Below are positions 22,473 to 35,644 of a stretch of 64,000 bases of DNA, in pieces (within the stretch, counting starts at the first letter, position 1; each line of letters opens with the position of its first letter). The stretch is from the NCBI GenBank assembly GCA_951406725.2, contig OX597821.1:114514001-114578000 (forward strand), written 5' to 3'. The translations under genes were made by a program, and so were the position numbers. The notes under the pieces were generated by a model, which was given only the letters and a program-made list of their open reading frames with translations, ran no database searches and had not been told where the DNA came from. The stretch comes from Octopus vulgaris. Its lineage: Eukaryota.

Positions 22473-23349
22473 AACTGCTTGTTTATGCTTGGAAGTTCAG
22501 CCATAGTCAACAGTTTAACCTTTTTGTCACCCTATTTCTTTTGAAATTACATCGCCTTTGTTTCAATTAATTGTTTAAATAATGAAGAATTTATATAATG
22601 ACTTTGCCATTATTAAACTCGCATTTGGAAGCAGTGAGCTGGCAGAATCGTTAGCACATTGGACAAAATGCTTAGCAGTATTTCATCCGTTGCTATGTTC
22701 AGAGTTCAAATTCCGCTGAGGTCAACTTTGCCTTTTATCCTTTCAGGGCCAATAAATTAAGTACCGGTTGTGTACTGGGGATTGATGTAATCAATTAGTC
22801 CCCTCACCCACATTTCAGGCCTTGTGCCTTCAGTAGGAAGGATTATTAAACTAGCATCTTGGAGCATAAATTAACACGAAATTTTGATGAAGGTTTAAAT
22901 TTAGATCACCTTAAAACAGGAAGTTTATATCATAGAACCAGTGGAGGTGGTCTCATGTAGGTTGGTAGCAACAGAGTTAAATATCAATACAAACCTCTAC
23001 AATGGTTCTCTAATAGTCTATGGAACTAAATTTTATATTTGAAGATATTTTAAGAACATCAGCATCAATGATGTTGATATAACAAGTTGCTGTTTCAAAT
23101 AAGTTTATACTCACACAATACTATAACACAGGCATTACAGTATGTGATTAAGAAGTTTATTTTCCAACCACATGGTTTCAGGTTCAATCCCACCTTGTGG
23201 TAGGTTGGCCAAATGTCTTCTGCTACAGCCCCGGGCTGAACAAAACCTTGTGAGTGAATTCGGTCGACAGAAATAGTCTGTTGTAAGAGTGGATGAGATC
23301 ATGTGATAGTTATGAGTTTCCCCATCCTACAAGTGATGCTGTTTGTCTA

Positions 23350-23626
23350 CAGTAATGGTTCTCAACCATTTTTGTTGGTTTTTTTTTGGGTGGGGTGGTC
23401 ATCTATGGATTTCTTTGATTCCTGTTTTATTCAGGTGGACTCTCAACTATTTGATGTTTAAAAAAATCCTTTTATATTTTTATAATTATTAGGAATTTTA
23501 TAAAGAAAATTGTCAAAATATTTGGTGCCTTGCAGAATTATAACCAATTTCTTGCATGTAAATTATAAAAACAAAGTCTTTCATGGAGCCACAAGGGTCA
23601 GACGGACCCTAGTTGAGAACCCATTG
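23350..23626. mobile_element. hAT-type MITE
   Basis: Termini aatggttctcaac ... gttgagaacccattg. Similar ends occur at 44937-45237 and ~27030. Confidence 0.55.
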
Positions 23627-24259
23627 GTTTATCGTCTTCCAGGAAAACATTCTGAACCAAAGGGAAATATTTTCTTATAAGGAAACAGTTGAGGATTGGC
23701 AACAGGAAGGCACAAAATAATGGTAAAGGATCTAAGGTTCGCTTTGTAAGAGAACCCTATTTTTAGTCATTCTGGAAAATACTTTTTTACTCTTTGCTTC
23801 AGTCATTGGACTCTGGCCATGCTGGGGCACCGGTTTGGAGGGTTTTTAGTTGCACAAATTGACTTTTGCGTTTTTTTTTCTTTTTAGTCTGATGTATATT
23901 TTATTGGTCCCTTTTTGCCAAACCACTAAGTTACAGGGATGTGTAAAAAAAGCAACACCAGTATCATGCACTGGGGGTGGAGAACAAATCCCCACACAAA
24001 ACACGCTTCCACACAGTTTCCACCGACCAAATTTACTAACAAGGCATTAGTTGAACAGGGGCTATAGTTAGAAAACAATTGTCCAAGATGTCACATTGTG
24101 GGGCTGAACCTAAAAGCACAGGATTTCAAAGGGAGTTGCTTAACTACACAACCACGCCAGTACCTTCAACATTTTCATAAAGTTTTACATTTTTATAAGG
24201 TTTTTCTTATTCTCTAGAAATTTACCAAAATAGAAATAATGTGATAAAAAAGATCTTAC

Positions 24260-24449
24260 CGTTTTATAAGAGCAAGTCCAATAAAATGAAGGAAACCAGA
24301 AATACAACTTATTTTTATAGTCCTCTTAGTTAACAACCACTTCAGACTGAACACTTGGATACAGACCATAGGAACCACCACAAAAGCCAAACTCAAAGAA
24401 AACCATATCAGTCGTTCCTCAAACATGAATTGTATAACGACAACGACAT
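24260..24449 (-). CDS. XKR: XK-related scramblase, first visible internal coding exon (DVVVVIQF...FSLKW...LALIKR)
   Basis: Acceptor ttctctttcAG at 24451-24450 and donor GTAAG at 24259-24255. Hydrophobic TM segments with an XK-like FSLKW motif. 190 nt, phase 1 in and phase 2 out; CG+G joins to give R-Y-A-D in the next exon. Confidence 0.88.
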
Positions 24450-24719
24450 CTGAAAGAGAAGCGAAAAACTGGACATTAATCGAAGGAATAAAAGTTACAA
24501 GTAGTTTATTTTCAAAGTACAATTCACAGAGAATTCATTTAGAAATGAAGAAAAATTACCAAACAATAAAAATAAAATGAAGTTGATAATACTGCAATGA
24601 GAAGAAAGAGAACGGAAATGAAGTTAAGAATACACATGATCTTGTAAAGTGGCAGGGAATTTAATGCATCAGTTAATGTACGCATGATGGATGGCTGTAA
24701 TGCTGTGACAAGAATGCGT

Positions 24720-25045
24720 GAAGGTGCATGGTTTAGTAGTTAGGGCATTCAGCTGATGATTGTAAAGCCAGGAGTTCGATTCCTGGCAGTGCCTTGTGTC
24801 CTTGAGCAAGACACTTTATTTCACATTGCTCCAGTCCACTCAACTGGCAAAAATGAAGGGTACCTATAATCCAAAGGGGCCAGCCTGGTCACATTGTGTG
24901 TCATGCTGAATCTCCCAGGGGACTACATTCAGGTTATGCATGTCTGTGGAGTGCTCAGCCACTTGCATGTTAATTTCATGAGTAGGCTCTTCCGTTGAGC
25001 AAATGAACAAGGAGCCTTGTCATAAAGACCAACAGAGTGCCAGTT
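24720..25045 (+). mobile_element. tRNA-derived SINE, family C
   Basis: gcatggtttagtagttagg...gagttcgattcc...ccttgagcaagacactttatttcac. Reverse copies at 58110-58430 and 59385-59690; related copies at 28480-29080 and 35650-36032. Confidence 0.72.
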
Positions 25046-25269
25046 GGGTTTTAATAGAAATTCAAAGAAGGTAAAACAAGAAATTCAAATTTCCAATCCT
25101 TCCCCATTTTATTTTACTATTCATCTCCCTCTGGTCAATGTGAAGTCCATCTGACCCATGCAAGCATGGAAACGTGGACATTAAAATGATATAAATTCTA
25201 AACTAACATTAGTTTTAAAAAACCAATATGGTTTAGCTTTTTATTGTTGTTTAGTCTCAAAGGCATTCC

Positions 25270-25319
25270 AGGTATGGCCATCCTGATGTTATACAGGTAT
25301 GGCCATCCTGATGTTATAA
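25270..25319 (+). repeat. Exact 25-bp tandem duplication
   Basis: caggtatggccatcctgatgttata occurs twice. Confidence 0.85.
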
Positions 25320-26874
25320 GGGCTTCTAGTATCAAATTTTTTTAATGCGATCTCTCTTTTAAAGATGGTCTGATTCAAGAGAAATATATAACAGCTATTT
25401 CTAATTGAAATTGCATAGAGGCTGCATTGTTGGTTAAAAGTTTAGACAGCTGTGGAGTTGAAAGGTCATAAGCTAAAATAGTGCCACAGGCAGGAACACA
25501 AATTTCCTAACCTTTGAATGTCTCTGATTTCTAAAAATGGATATTTATATCAACAGAGAGTGGTTCAGGCTATGAAAATTTGCTCTGGTAACTGAGAGGA
25601 ACTACCACTTGGGATAAAGATAGAAATATGCTTAAGAAACAAACATTAGGAGACCAAATTATAACTAAAATTGAATAAGGATGCTGGTATCACATAAAAA
25701 AAGCACCCAGTCCACTCTGTAAAGTGGTTAGCATTAGGAAGGGCATCTAGCTGTTGAAACCATGCCAAAACAGACCTCACTGGTGCTGGTGTTATGTAAA
25801 AAGCATTCAGGTCACTTTGTAAAGTGGTTGGTGTTAGGAAGGGCATTCAGCTGTAAAAGCCATGCTAGAACACACAGTGGAACCTGGGTCAGTCCTTTGG
25901 CTTACCAGCTCCTGTCAAACCATCCAACCTATACTAGCATGGAAGACGGGTGTTAAATGATGATCTTGATGATTGAACTACATAAGACATACTAGTCTAT
26001 GGAAACACAAATTGATACAAGATATGGTTAGAAAACAGCAATGTAATTAAAATGGTAAGCACATTCAACTCTAGTTTGCATTTATTAATTTAGAGAAAGC
26101 TTTTACAAGATTGCACATTTTTACTGACGAGTAATGAGGAATCTGATATGATTGAATAGTTTCTGAGAAATGTATGGAGATTCTAAATGCACAGTAATGA
26201 TCAGCAGGGAGTTGGACCTCAATTTTAATGAATAAATAACTGTCTATAAGATATGGGCCAAGTGGACAAGGTCCATAACCTTAGCAAAGTTTTGCTAACC
26301 CTACATTTTGCAACCATCAAAAGGAAATTTGAATTTATACTTGGTTTTAAAATTCTGTAGATTGATGACTGTCTCATTGATGCCATTAACCTAAAAACAG
26401 TAAAAGAAATTTGAAAGAATTAGGTTTTAATCGAACAACTTCACAAACCTTCCTCTGCTCCAGAGAAGACTGCAAAATTGGTCAATGTCTGCAAGAAAAC
26501 TGGACATCTGAGAGTACAGAGTCATCTTACACAATGGCACACTGTGCCCCCACAGTAATAGAGAGAAATGACTTGTTTTTACTCTCGGAACATCCCTGCC
26601 TGCAGGTATTAATGAACACCACTCATTCTCCTCAACAATTTTCTCCTCTTTAACATATTTAAACCATTATATATTGTTTCTTCACTTCTCCTGATTTTAA
26701 TTCTTCCATTCCCTCACTTTTCAAATTCCCCATTCTAATTCCTCAAATTGCCATCATTCTTTATTAAGTACCACCTAGTTGTAGTTCATGACAGACTCTC
26801 TAGAGGATTTTTAGGGGCCCACACCAAAAAGAGTGAAATACAAGTCAATTAAAGAATATATAGAGAGAGGGAAG

Positions 26875-26990
26875 ATGATTGAGGGTCAAGGAAGCATACT
26901 CGAAGGTTGAAGAAGAATGCTTGAGGGTCGAGGAAGAATGCTTGGGGGTCAGGGAAGCATGCTTGAGGGTCGAGGAAGTATGCTTGAGGA
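26875..26990 (+). repeat. 21-bp minisatellite, about 5.5 copies
   Basis: atgcttgagggtcgaggaaga units. Confidence 0.85.
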
Positions 26991-27278
26991 TTGTAGGCGT
27001 CCCTGGGAGCTGTGGTTGAGAATCACTAGCCTAACACAAAACAGTTTGAAAAATAGATGTGATGATGATGATGATGGTGGTGATGATGATGATTGCGATG
27101 TAGGCAGTGAAGATGATAATGGCAATGGTATGATGATGGTGATGATGAAAATGAGTAATTGATGAAATAACGAGGGACTTCCTAACTGTTTAAAAATAAT
27201 ATCTCTTTGATAACATATTTATAAGAGATCAAATAGAATATATAAAAAGAAACAATTATTCATAAAGATATACAGACT

Positions 27279-27281
27279 GTA

Positions 27282-27338
<57 letters not shown>
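27279..27338 (+). repeat. (AGT)n microsatellite
   Basis: Direct reading. Confidence 0.95.
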
Positions 27339-28324
27339 CATCTGCTACAGCTTATAGACTTCCTCATCATCCTCCTCCTACATGCATTAAAGAAAACACT
27401 ATTATTCAACCTATTTAAAGATCAGGGACATATTAGGAAGCCCTCCACAATAGAAGTTATTATGAGGCTCAGTTAAAGCGCTGAAGGCCAGATGGAACAA
27501 CACACACACATACACACAGTTGTATTGTTTTCAGCTAGTAACTGATGAATAATTTTGTATGCGTGTGTGTGTGTGTGTGGAGGTAAATTCAATCATGGGC
27601 AAACATTTAAAAACTAACAATGCTTTTCATTGTGTTTAAGTTACTGAATGATTGTTGAAGGGTTCATCACCATCATTGCAACTATCATTTTACTGTTCCC
27701 TTTTCCATGCTGGTATGGGTTGATGGCTTGACAGGTGCTGGCAAGGCCAAGGGTTACACCAAGCTCCACAGTCTGCTTTGGCCTGGTTTCTACAGCTGGA
27801 TGCCCTCCTCCCTAATGCTAACCTCTTTACAGAGCATACCGAGTGCTCACAAGGCAATTTTTTTTTTACAACCGGATGCTCTTCCTGTCACCAACCCTCA
27901 CTTGTTTTCAAGCAAGGGAATTTTTCCCCATGACCAGACATGTTTTTGCAGAACATTGGAAATGAATGACACTGTATGTATGACAAGAGACACTTTTAAG
28001 CAGCACGTGACAAGGAGACAAACACATATACACTCACACATATAAATGCATACAAGCACACACACAAATCCATCCACCTATCTTCTCTGTCCCCTATTCA
28101 AGGGGTGCAGAAATAAAGTCTTCCGGCATCTCACCATAAGGTCCTCTCAAAAGCAACTGTTAGACTTACCAGCTGGATTCTTAAAGATAACCAATTGAAA
28201 CTCTAGATATTACCCAACCATCTTACTCTTGATCTACCCCTAAGTCTCCTGCTGGTTGGATCAACTTGAAAAACCCATCTTATGATTCTTTCCTATGACA
28301 TTTTAATCACATCTCCATAGTATT

Positions 28325-28394
28325 GGCACTGTAACCTCTCAATGTGGCACTGTGACCTCCCAATGTAGCACTGTGACCTCTCAATGTGGCACTA
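28325..28394 (+). repeat. 21-bp tandem repeat, about 3.5 copies
   Basis: ggcactgtgacctctcaatgt units. Confidence 0.75.
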
Positions 28395-28596
28395 TAGTAG
28401 ATCTTTCATGACTCATGGTGTTTTTTTTTTCATTAAAACAGTATGGTATAATATGGTTTTAGGTTAGAGTGGTATCACATGTGGTGACCCTCCATCGGTT
28501 AGGACGGGTGTTCCAGTTGATCCAATCAACAGAACAGCCTGCTCGTGAAATTAACCTGCAAGTGGCTGAGTACTCCACAGACACGTGCACCCATAA

Positions 28597-28816
28597 CCCT
28601 TTCGTTACTGCATTTCTGTTGAGATGCTCTGTGTTTCTTTCAATTACTTTAAATATAACAAAGAATTTAGTAAAATAACTTAGTTATCATTAAGCTAGTG
28701 TTAAGACCGTAAATTGTGACTAAGGTTTGGTGGAAGATTTTAATTCAAAACTTATGGAAACAAGACATTTGTACTCAGATCCAGAGCTGGTTTCAGCTGG
28801 GTTGGTAACAAAAGGG
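28597..28816. mobile_element. piggyBac-type MITE nested in a SINE
   Basis: (A)TAA|CCCTTTCGTTAC ... GTAACAAAAGGG|TTAA. It interrupts a SINE (28480-29080) at the site that reads ccttaacgtagtt in the uninterrupted copy near 35760. Confidence 0.8.
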
Positions 28817-29542
28817 TTAACATAGTTCTGAGAGATTCAACATGACACAGAGTGTGACAAGGCTGGCCTCTTTTGAAATACAGGTACAACAGAAAGAGGA
28901 AGAAAGAGTGAGAGAGAAAGTTGTGGTGAAAGAGTATAGCAGGGTTCGTTAGCACACACCCTGCTGGAGCTTCGTGGAACTTTAGGTGTTTTCGCTCAAT
29001 AAACACTCACAATGCCTGATCTGGGAATCAATCCTAAGACCACAAGTCCGCTGCCCTCACCACTGGGCCATTGCACCTCCACATAACCTGAACAGGTGTC
29101 GCATAACCTGAACAGAAAAAGGCAAAGAAAGAAATGAGCAAAAATCACACTCCTCGACAGTCATGCTGAGAATAAAAAATATGAGACAGCCATTTCAGAG
29201 TAAAATCAGAAAACAGCCATGTTCTTTCAGCTGCCAAACAGTTTGCTCTGCCCAAAGGGAAAAAGTAGTTCTAGAACCAGTCATTTTAGGGACAAACAAA
29301 TTTAGGACAATCCCAGCCTTAGGCCATCAAGTTTTTTTTTATTTACCCAATAAAAAAAAAAAGGAAGGAAAAAATGTTTAGGGGTAAAGAAAGCACTAAT
29401 TAAGTAGATGAGAAGAGTATGAAGGTCAGAGTTCCTCTTGTCTATGAGTAAACTTGATGCAAGGTGAGGAAAAATTTTATGAAAAGAAAAGCAAAGGTTT
29501 CTAATATGCGTGTGTGTGTGTGTGCATGCACGTTTTTGTATG

Positions 29543-29587
<45 letters not shown>

Positions 29588-29659
29588 ACAGTGTACATTT
29601 AAACACATTAAGAGGATTCTTATGATGGAAACCTCTTAATGTGTTTAAATGTACACTGT
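29588..29659. repeat. Perfect 28-bp inverted repeat
   Basis: acagtgtacatttaaacacattaagagg versus cctcttaatgtgtttaaatgtacactgt. Confidence 0.85.
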
Positions 29660-29978
29660 ATTTTATATGAATAATATATAGTCTCTTGACTAATTTTTCT
29701 AAATGCTAGGCCACTCGTAGTAAAAATTTCTAAAATTTTTATTACCCTGATATCATTAATTATATATATATATATGTTTGAGTAATTGAATGAATTATCT
29801 TATTAAGGATAATTTGAAAGATAACCGATACCTGGGTAGCAAATTCACATCAGAAAGAACATGGTTGAAGCTACGTCCATAGGGCATAGACTACGTGTCT
29901 TCGTGCGGAAATTTGTATGTTTATTTTAAAATTATAAGTATATGAAAGAATGGAGTTGAACGACTAGTTAACAAGTAT

Positions 29979-30073
29979 CCTTTATTCTCGACATATGTTT
30001 CGAAGGCTGCATATTCCTAATTCCGAAGGAATAAGGAGTACATTATGCAGATTTCTCGTCAGGAAAATCAAGG
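29979..30073 (-). ncRNA. Type I hammerhead ribozyme-like motif, intact core (Penelope-type)
   Basis: Minus strand: ccttgattttc-CTGACGA-long helix II (ctgcata...tatgcag enclosing a ttcct/aggaa hairpin)-GAAA-CATATG-TC-gagaataaagg. Helix I pairs at 10 of 11 positions, helix III is the palindrome ACATATGT, and the triplet is GUC. Confidence 0.7.
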
Positions 30074-30610
30074 AACTTATGTCCACATCAAAATGCACAA
30101 AAAACTTTTAGCTGACCGCTCTCAAGGAGCCCATGGCGATAATGAGTGTCTCTTTATAATGAGTGACTGAATGTAGAAGAATCTAGAAGTTTCTAAAGGT
30201 TCAAGAGTTCAAACGAGGTAGGAGGAGGGAGGCATAAGAATAGTAAGGTAAGAGAGTGCAGGTCAAAAGAATGGTGGGTTTAAATGATTTCTTTTGTGAA
30301 TGAGTGCCTGTGTGTGTGACTGTATATACACACATTAAGACAGTTATATACAGTCACACACACAGGCACTCATTCACAAAAGAAATCATTTAAACCCACC
30401 ATTCTTTTGACCTGCACTCTCTTACCTTACTATTTTTATGCCTCCCTCCTCCTACCTCGTTTGAACTCTTGAACCTTTAGAAACTTCTAGATTCTTCTAC
30501 ATTCAGCCACTCTGACGTCACTCATTATAAAGAGACACTCATTATCGCCATGGGCTCCTTGAGAGCGGTCAGCTAAAAGTTTTTTGTGCATTTTGATGTC
30601 GACATAAGTT

Positions 30611-30705
30611 CCTTGATTTTCCTGACAAGAAATCTGCATAATGTACTCCTTATTCCTTCGGAATTAGGAATATGCAGCCTTCGAAACATATGTCGAGAAT
30701 AAAGG
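30611..30705 (+). ncRNA. Inverted copy of the same hammerhead motif with mutated core (CTGACAA)
   Basis: Reverse-complement copy of 29979-30073 in the right arm of the inverted repeat; G8 is changed to A. Confidence 0.55.
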
Positions 30706-31486
30706 ATACTTGTTAACCAGTCGTTCAACTCCATTCTTTCATATACTTATAATTTTAAAATATATATATATATATATATATATATAGTATGTAGATTGGG
30801 TTATAATCAAACCTGTGTCTTCATGGAGCACATCTGCATATTCCAGTACTTCAAAGGTTGTACGTAGATGTTACATATGCATTCAGGTCACTCGAGTTTT
30901 GTTGCTAACATGTAACCCAATATAACCTGTCACATGGTCAGGTCATCGGTGACTAAATCAGAAACCCCACCAAGCTTACTTCATGAGAAAGGTGATCTGG
31001 ACCCCTTGCGGGATGAAAAACAATCCATGAAAGGGCAGAGGAACTCAAGAATTAATGGCCATCCAATAGGGTATATATATAGAGAGGAATTAACTTCAGT
31101 GATGAAAAATCCCAAAGCCAGGGACACAACAAAGTTATGGGGAGCAGCATGGCAGATGTGAAGCAGAGTGCTTTGATCTTCATTCAACAAAACTACAGGA
31201 CACAGTCTAAGTGGAAGAACCTCTTCAGCCAATGAACAGTCTAGAGTTAAGGAATCTAGTTAGCGGATTACTGCCAGTTGATAGAACTGGTAACTCATCA
31301 ACTCACTTTAGCTGCTTAGAAAAAAAGCTATGGAATTCTGGAACCTCATAGTGCCACCAATCAAAGTTGGATGACTGGTAGCTGGTTGTATATTTGTGTG
31401 AGGAATGCATTAGAGTTGAAAAGTACTGGAAAATAGTATTTGCAGAGTAATTTCATATCAAAACAGGATATTGGGGAAAAAAAACC

Positions 31487-31727
31487 TTTGGTATTATTTA
31501 TTCATCATTACATGTGTTTCATTTGCTAAAAGGAGCTACAAAATTGAACATGTAGTAGAAACTATGAAAAACATCTTTTAGAAATTCTTCAGACAGAGAA
31601 TCAATTATCATTTAACTCTCTGTCTAAAGAATTTCAAATAAGTCTTACATGATTTCTATTACATGTTCAATTTTGTAGCTCCCATTATCAAATGAAACAC
31701 ATGTAATGGTGAATAAATAATACCAAA
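31487..31727. repeat. Inverted repeat (~110-bp arms)
   Basis: 31487-31599 versus 31617-31727, diverged reverse complement. Confidence 0.8.
31505..31596 (-). ncRNA. Hammerhead-like motif with extended helix II, in the left arm of an inverted repeat
   Basis: Minus strand: ctgt-CTGAAGA-attt ctaaaag...cttttag c aaat-GAAA-CACATG-TA-atga. The inverted partner (31620-31709, +) has the mutated core CTAAAGA. Confidence 0.5.
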
Positions 31728-31956
31728 ATTTTTCCAACAGAAAGCATGCCAAACAGACAAAGGAAGCCTGCTGTAGTCTACAGGCCATACCAGCTCCTGT
31801 CAGACTGTCCAACCCATGTCAGCATGGAAAACAGACGTTAAATGATGATGATGATGTCTATTTCTGCATGGATGTGTGAGTGCATGTGTTTGTGTCTTCT
31901 TGGTTTCACATAATGTGCTAGTTAAAAATGAGCATCAAAATCATACAAGTAGTGTA

Positions 31957-32330
31957 CATCATCATCATCATCATTTAACGTCCGCTTTCCATGCTAGCAT
32001 GGGTTGGACGATTTTAACTGAGTGCTGGCGAACCAGATGGCTGCACCAGGCTTCAATCTTGATTTGGCATGGCTTTCTACAGCTGGATGCCCTTCCTAAC
32101 GCCAACCACTCCGAGAGTGTGGTGGATGCATTTTATGTGCCACCGGCACCGGGGCCAGTCAGGCAGTACTGGCAACAACCTCGCTCAAATCTTTTTACAC
32201 ATGCCACCAGCACAGGTGCCGGTAAGGCGACGTTGGTAATGATCATGCTCGAATGGTGCCCTTTTATGTGCCATCGACACAGAAGCCGGTTGGCTGTTCT
32301 GGCAACGATCACACTCGGATGGTACATTTC
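31957..32330 (-). mobile_element. RTE 3'-end copy
   Basis: Same family signature with internal tandem units. Confidence 0.8.
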
Positions 32331-33327
32331 CAATATTCTGTGAAAACATGTCTCTTCAAGCGGAAATATTACGTTGCTTGGAAACAGGCGAGGGTTGATG
32401 ACAGGAAGGGCATCCAGACATACGATATCTGCCTTGACAAGTTCTGTCTGACCCATAAAAGCGTGGAAAAAGAGACATTAAAATGACAATGATGACTAAA
32501 ATATCTATTTCGTGACAAGAATCATGAATATATTTCCATGACCAAAGGAACCTTTTGGCATTCAAAATATTCATGATGATGTCTCACATTTACAAGCTGA
32601 TTCATTAACTCAACGAAGAAGTGTTAAATGGTAAATTATTTTCCTGAATTGTAAATGAAGAATTGAGACCTTATTAGCAAGTATCAACTTCTGACTTTGG
32701 ATTCTATAATGTTACCAATTATAAACCTCTGACTTCACCAATTCCAAATAATAATAACAAATACTACATGACTGACACCTTTACCAAAACCTTTAGCATT
32801 ACTTCACATCAAATAAATTAACAATAAAATAATTGGTTCAAATTTTGACACAAGACCAGTAGATTTAAAAGAAGGTCAGCCAGTTACATCAACACCCCTT
32901 AACTTCACTGGTACCTTATTTGATTAACCCTGAAAGGATGGAAAATAAGGTTGACCTCAGCAGGATTTGAACTCAGGAGAAATACCACTATGCATTTCAC
33001 CCAGCATGCTAATGAGTCTGCCAGTTCGTCATCTCAATAAATAATTCTCTCTGATTTTGACATAAGATAACATTTTTGTAAGGGATGAAGATGCTGAATG
33101 CATCAGTTTCAATGTTCAACTTGGGCCTATTTCATCAATGGCAAAATGATGAAAGGCAGAGTCAACCTTGGAAGAATTGGAACTCAGGACGTACAGAGCA
33201 GAAAGAAATAATGTTAAGCTACTTCCAATGCTCTAATGACTCTGCCAGCTTGCCAAATACTTTATGGGCCACGAGGGCCACAAAAAACATTTAGGACAAT
33301 ACAAAGGAGTGTGGGGATTTACATAAA

Positions 33328-33535
33328 CATCATCATCGTTTAAAGTCCGTTCTCCATGCTAGCATGGGTTGGACGGTTCGACTGGGGATCTGGGAAACCA
33401 GAAGGCTGCCCCAGGCTCCAGTCTTATCTGGCAATGTTTCTACAGCTGGATGCCTTTCCTAACGCCAACCACTCCGTGAGTGTAGTGGGTGCTTTTTATG
33501 TGCCACCTGCACAGGTGCCAGGCGAGGCTGGCAAA
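33328..33535 (-). mobile_element. RTE 3'-end copy
   Basis: Same family signature. Confidence 0.8.
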
Positions 33536-34544
33536 AGGAATAAACATAAGGAATAAAACAATAACAATTGAGAAAATTGAAAACAAAATTCCCAAGGAGT
33601 GGGGGAGCACCACCCAGGAGCAATCCAAAAACTCCCACTGATTTTAAATCACCCCAAACTACCAAGGGAGGAGCCCCTCTTCCATCCGTTCTCTCCTAGC
33701 TATAGGTACAAGCTTAGAGTAGATCCACTCACTCAGGCCGTCCTCCTTACATTCGCCCACAACATTAACTGGAGCAACAAAACAAACAACACAAACGTTG
33801 CAGGGTTAGGAGGAAAATAACTCGTTATCTCTAGAATTAAAGTTCATACCTTATTAACTGCTGGAATATGTTGACATTTCTATGACTTATTTATTTAAGT
33901 TTTTTGTTTTTCCTTTCCTGAGATTCTTCAGTTAATGAATTTAAAATGGAGTATCCTGTTTGTTACTTTTTTTATTTTTCCACACTTGTGACATAGTTAA
34001 TATTGCACACACTTACATCTCTGTCTTTTTCCATTTCCTCTTTAAAAAAAGTTACAAATTGAGAACTTCCTTTCCTGATTTCCCTGTTTACCATTTTCTT
34101 CATCATTATCTGCGCCACAAAATTCTCTGGTGCAAAACATTTATCCGTTTTAATACAAAAACAAATATGTTACCATTTTCTAATTCAAGTTGAAAATATT
34201 CAAAATATAACAAATGCCTAAACTATTCCACGTCTGCTGTTAACCATCAAATCTTTGTACCCTTCAAAAATTCCTTGCACCCTGGAATTCAATGCTACTC
34301 CTGATACGCCTATGCACCCTTTCCACTTCATGGCTCTTTTACTGTTGACTTTTCGGTCTTTTTGTGTGTTTGATCCAGTCTACTATACCGCTATTTCTTT
34401 CACAGCTGTCTTTCTTGTTACTTTCTGCCCCCTCTTTTAACCTTTTCCAACAAGTTGTGGTGCACATGAGCACAGAATGCAATAAGCTCATTAATATTTT
34501 TATTTTATACATTTTCAAGTTATTTCACACAACGAAAGTCAAAA

Positions 34545-34902
34545 TCGAAATCAATTAACATCAATGAAAATTGTAGCTGTGATACCAGTGCTGGTGGCAC
34601 GTAAGAGAACCATCCGAACGTGGCCGTTGCCAGCACCGCCCTGACTGGCCTCCGTGCCGATGGCACATAAAATGCACCATCCGATTGTGGCCGTTTGCCA
34701 TGCTCGTCTGGCACCTGTGCAGGTGGCACGTAAAAAGCACCCACTACACTCACGGAGTGGTTGGCGTTAGGAAGGGCATCCAGCTGTAGAAACACTGCCA
34801 GATCAGACTGGGCCTGGCGCAGCCTTCTGGCTTCCCAGACCCCAGTTGAACCGTCCAACCCATGCTAGCATGGAAAACGGACGTTAAACGATGATGATGA
34901 TG
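34545..34902 (+). mobile_element. RTE 3'-end copy
   Basis: Same family signature with three internal units. Confidence 0.8.
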
Positions 34903-34906
34903 TATA

Positions 34907-35120
34907 CAGGGTAGTCCAAAAATAGGTTTACAGTTATTCAATTATCTCTTTTGCATTCATATATTAACAGTTTAGATCTTAATTATAAAAAAAATATGAA
35001 ACCATTATTCTATGCTAATTTAGTTAATCGTGAGATAGACATTTAAAATGTAATAAACTATTTTAAAAGAAATTTAAAGTGCCTACGTGATGACTATAAA
35101 CCTACTTTTGGGCCACCCTG
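34907..35120. mobile_element. Tc1/mariner-type MITE
   Basis: TA|CAGGGTAGTCCAAAAATAGGTTTA ... TAAACCTACTTTTGGGCCACCCTG|TA: terminal inverted repeats with TA target duplication. Confidence 0.85.
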
Positions 35121-35588
35121 TATGTAAGTATTATTACACAAAACTTAAGGGATGTATGAAATAACTTCTTAGCTGTAACTCACAAGGACACCTTCTTGCC
35201 CCTCCCCTACTCTTGACTAAGTTGGACACCCAGGAAGTGACAGTTGGATGGAGAGAAAGCAGCACCAGCACTCAGCTGCTACTCACGTACACTAGAGTGG
35301 AACGAAGCAGTGTGAAATGAAGTGTCTTGCTCAAGAATACAGTGCACTGCTCTGTCTAAGAATTCACTTCACAATCTTATGATTGGGAACAGACTAACCT
35401 TGCAAAAGCCCTTTGTTAGCAACAATATAGAGCAGCAGTCCACAAACTTGTATATGTCTTGTATAAAACCTCAGACTGGGTCTTATTCAAGACATTTTTT
35501 CCAGATCTGGGTATTATACACATACCTAAACACAATAAAGTGCGTTATATATAAGTTAATTATTACACATATAATACATACACACACA

Positions 35589-35644
<56 letters not shown>

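Larger units (their letters stand above)
29922..30762. repeat. Long near-perfect inverted repeat (arms 29922-30328 and 30345-30762, 16-nt loop), probably Penelope-like element derived
   Basis: Arms are reverse complements by direct reading, apart from a handful of substitutions and one ~11-nt indel. The right arm abuts (TA)n and another (TA)n lies ~150 nt left of the left arm. Each arm carries a hammerhead motif. Confidence 0.9.

Noticed and set aside
26120-26180. CTGACGA ... GAAATGTA as a hammerhead
   Set aside because: No helix II or helix I pairing; the same applies to CTGACGA at 46442 and CTGATGA at 27542.
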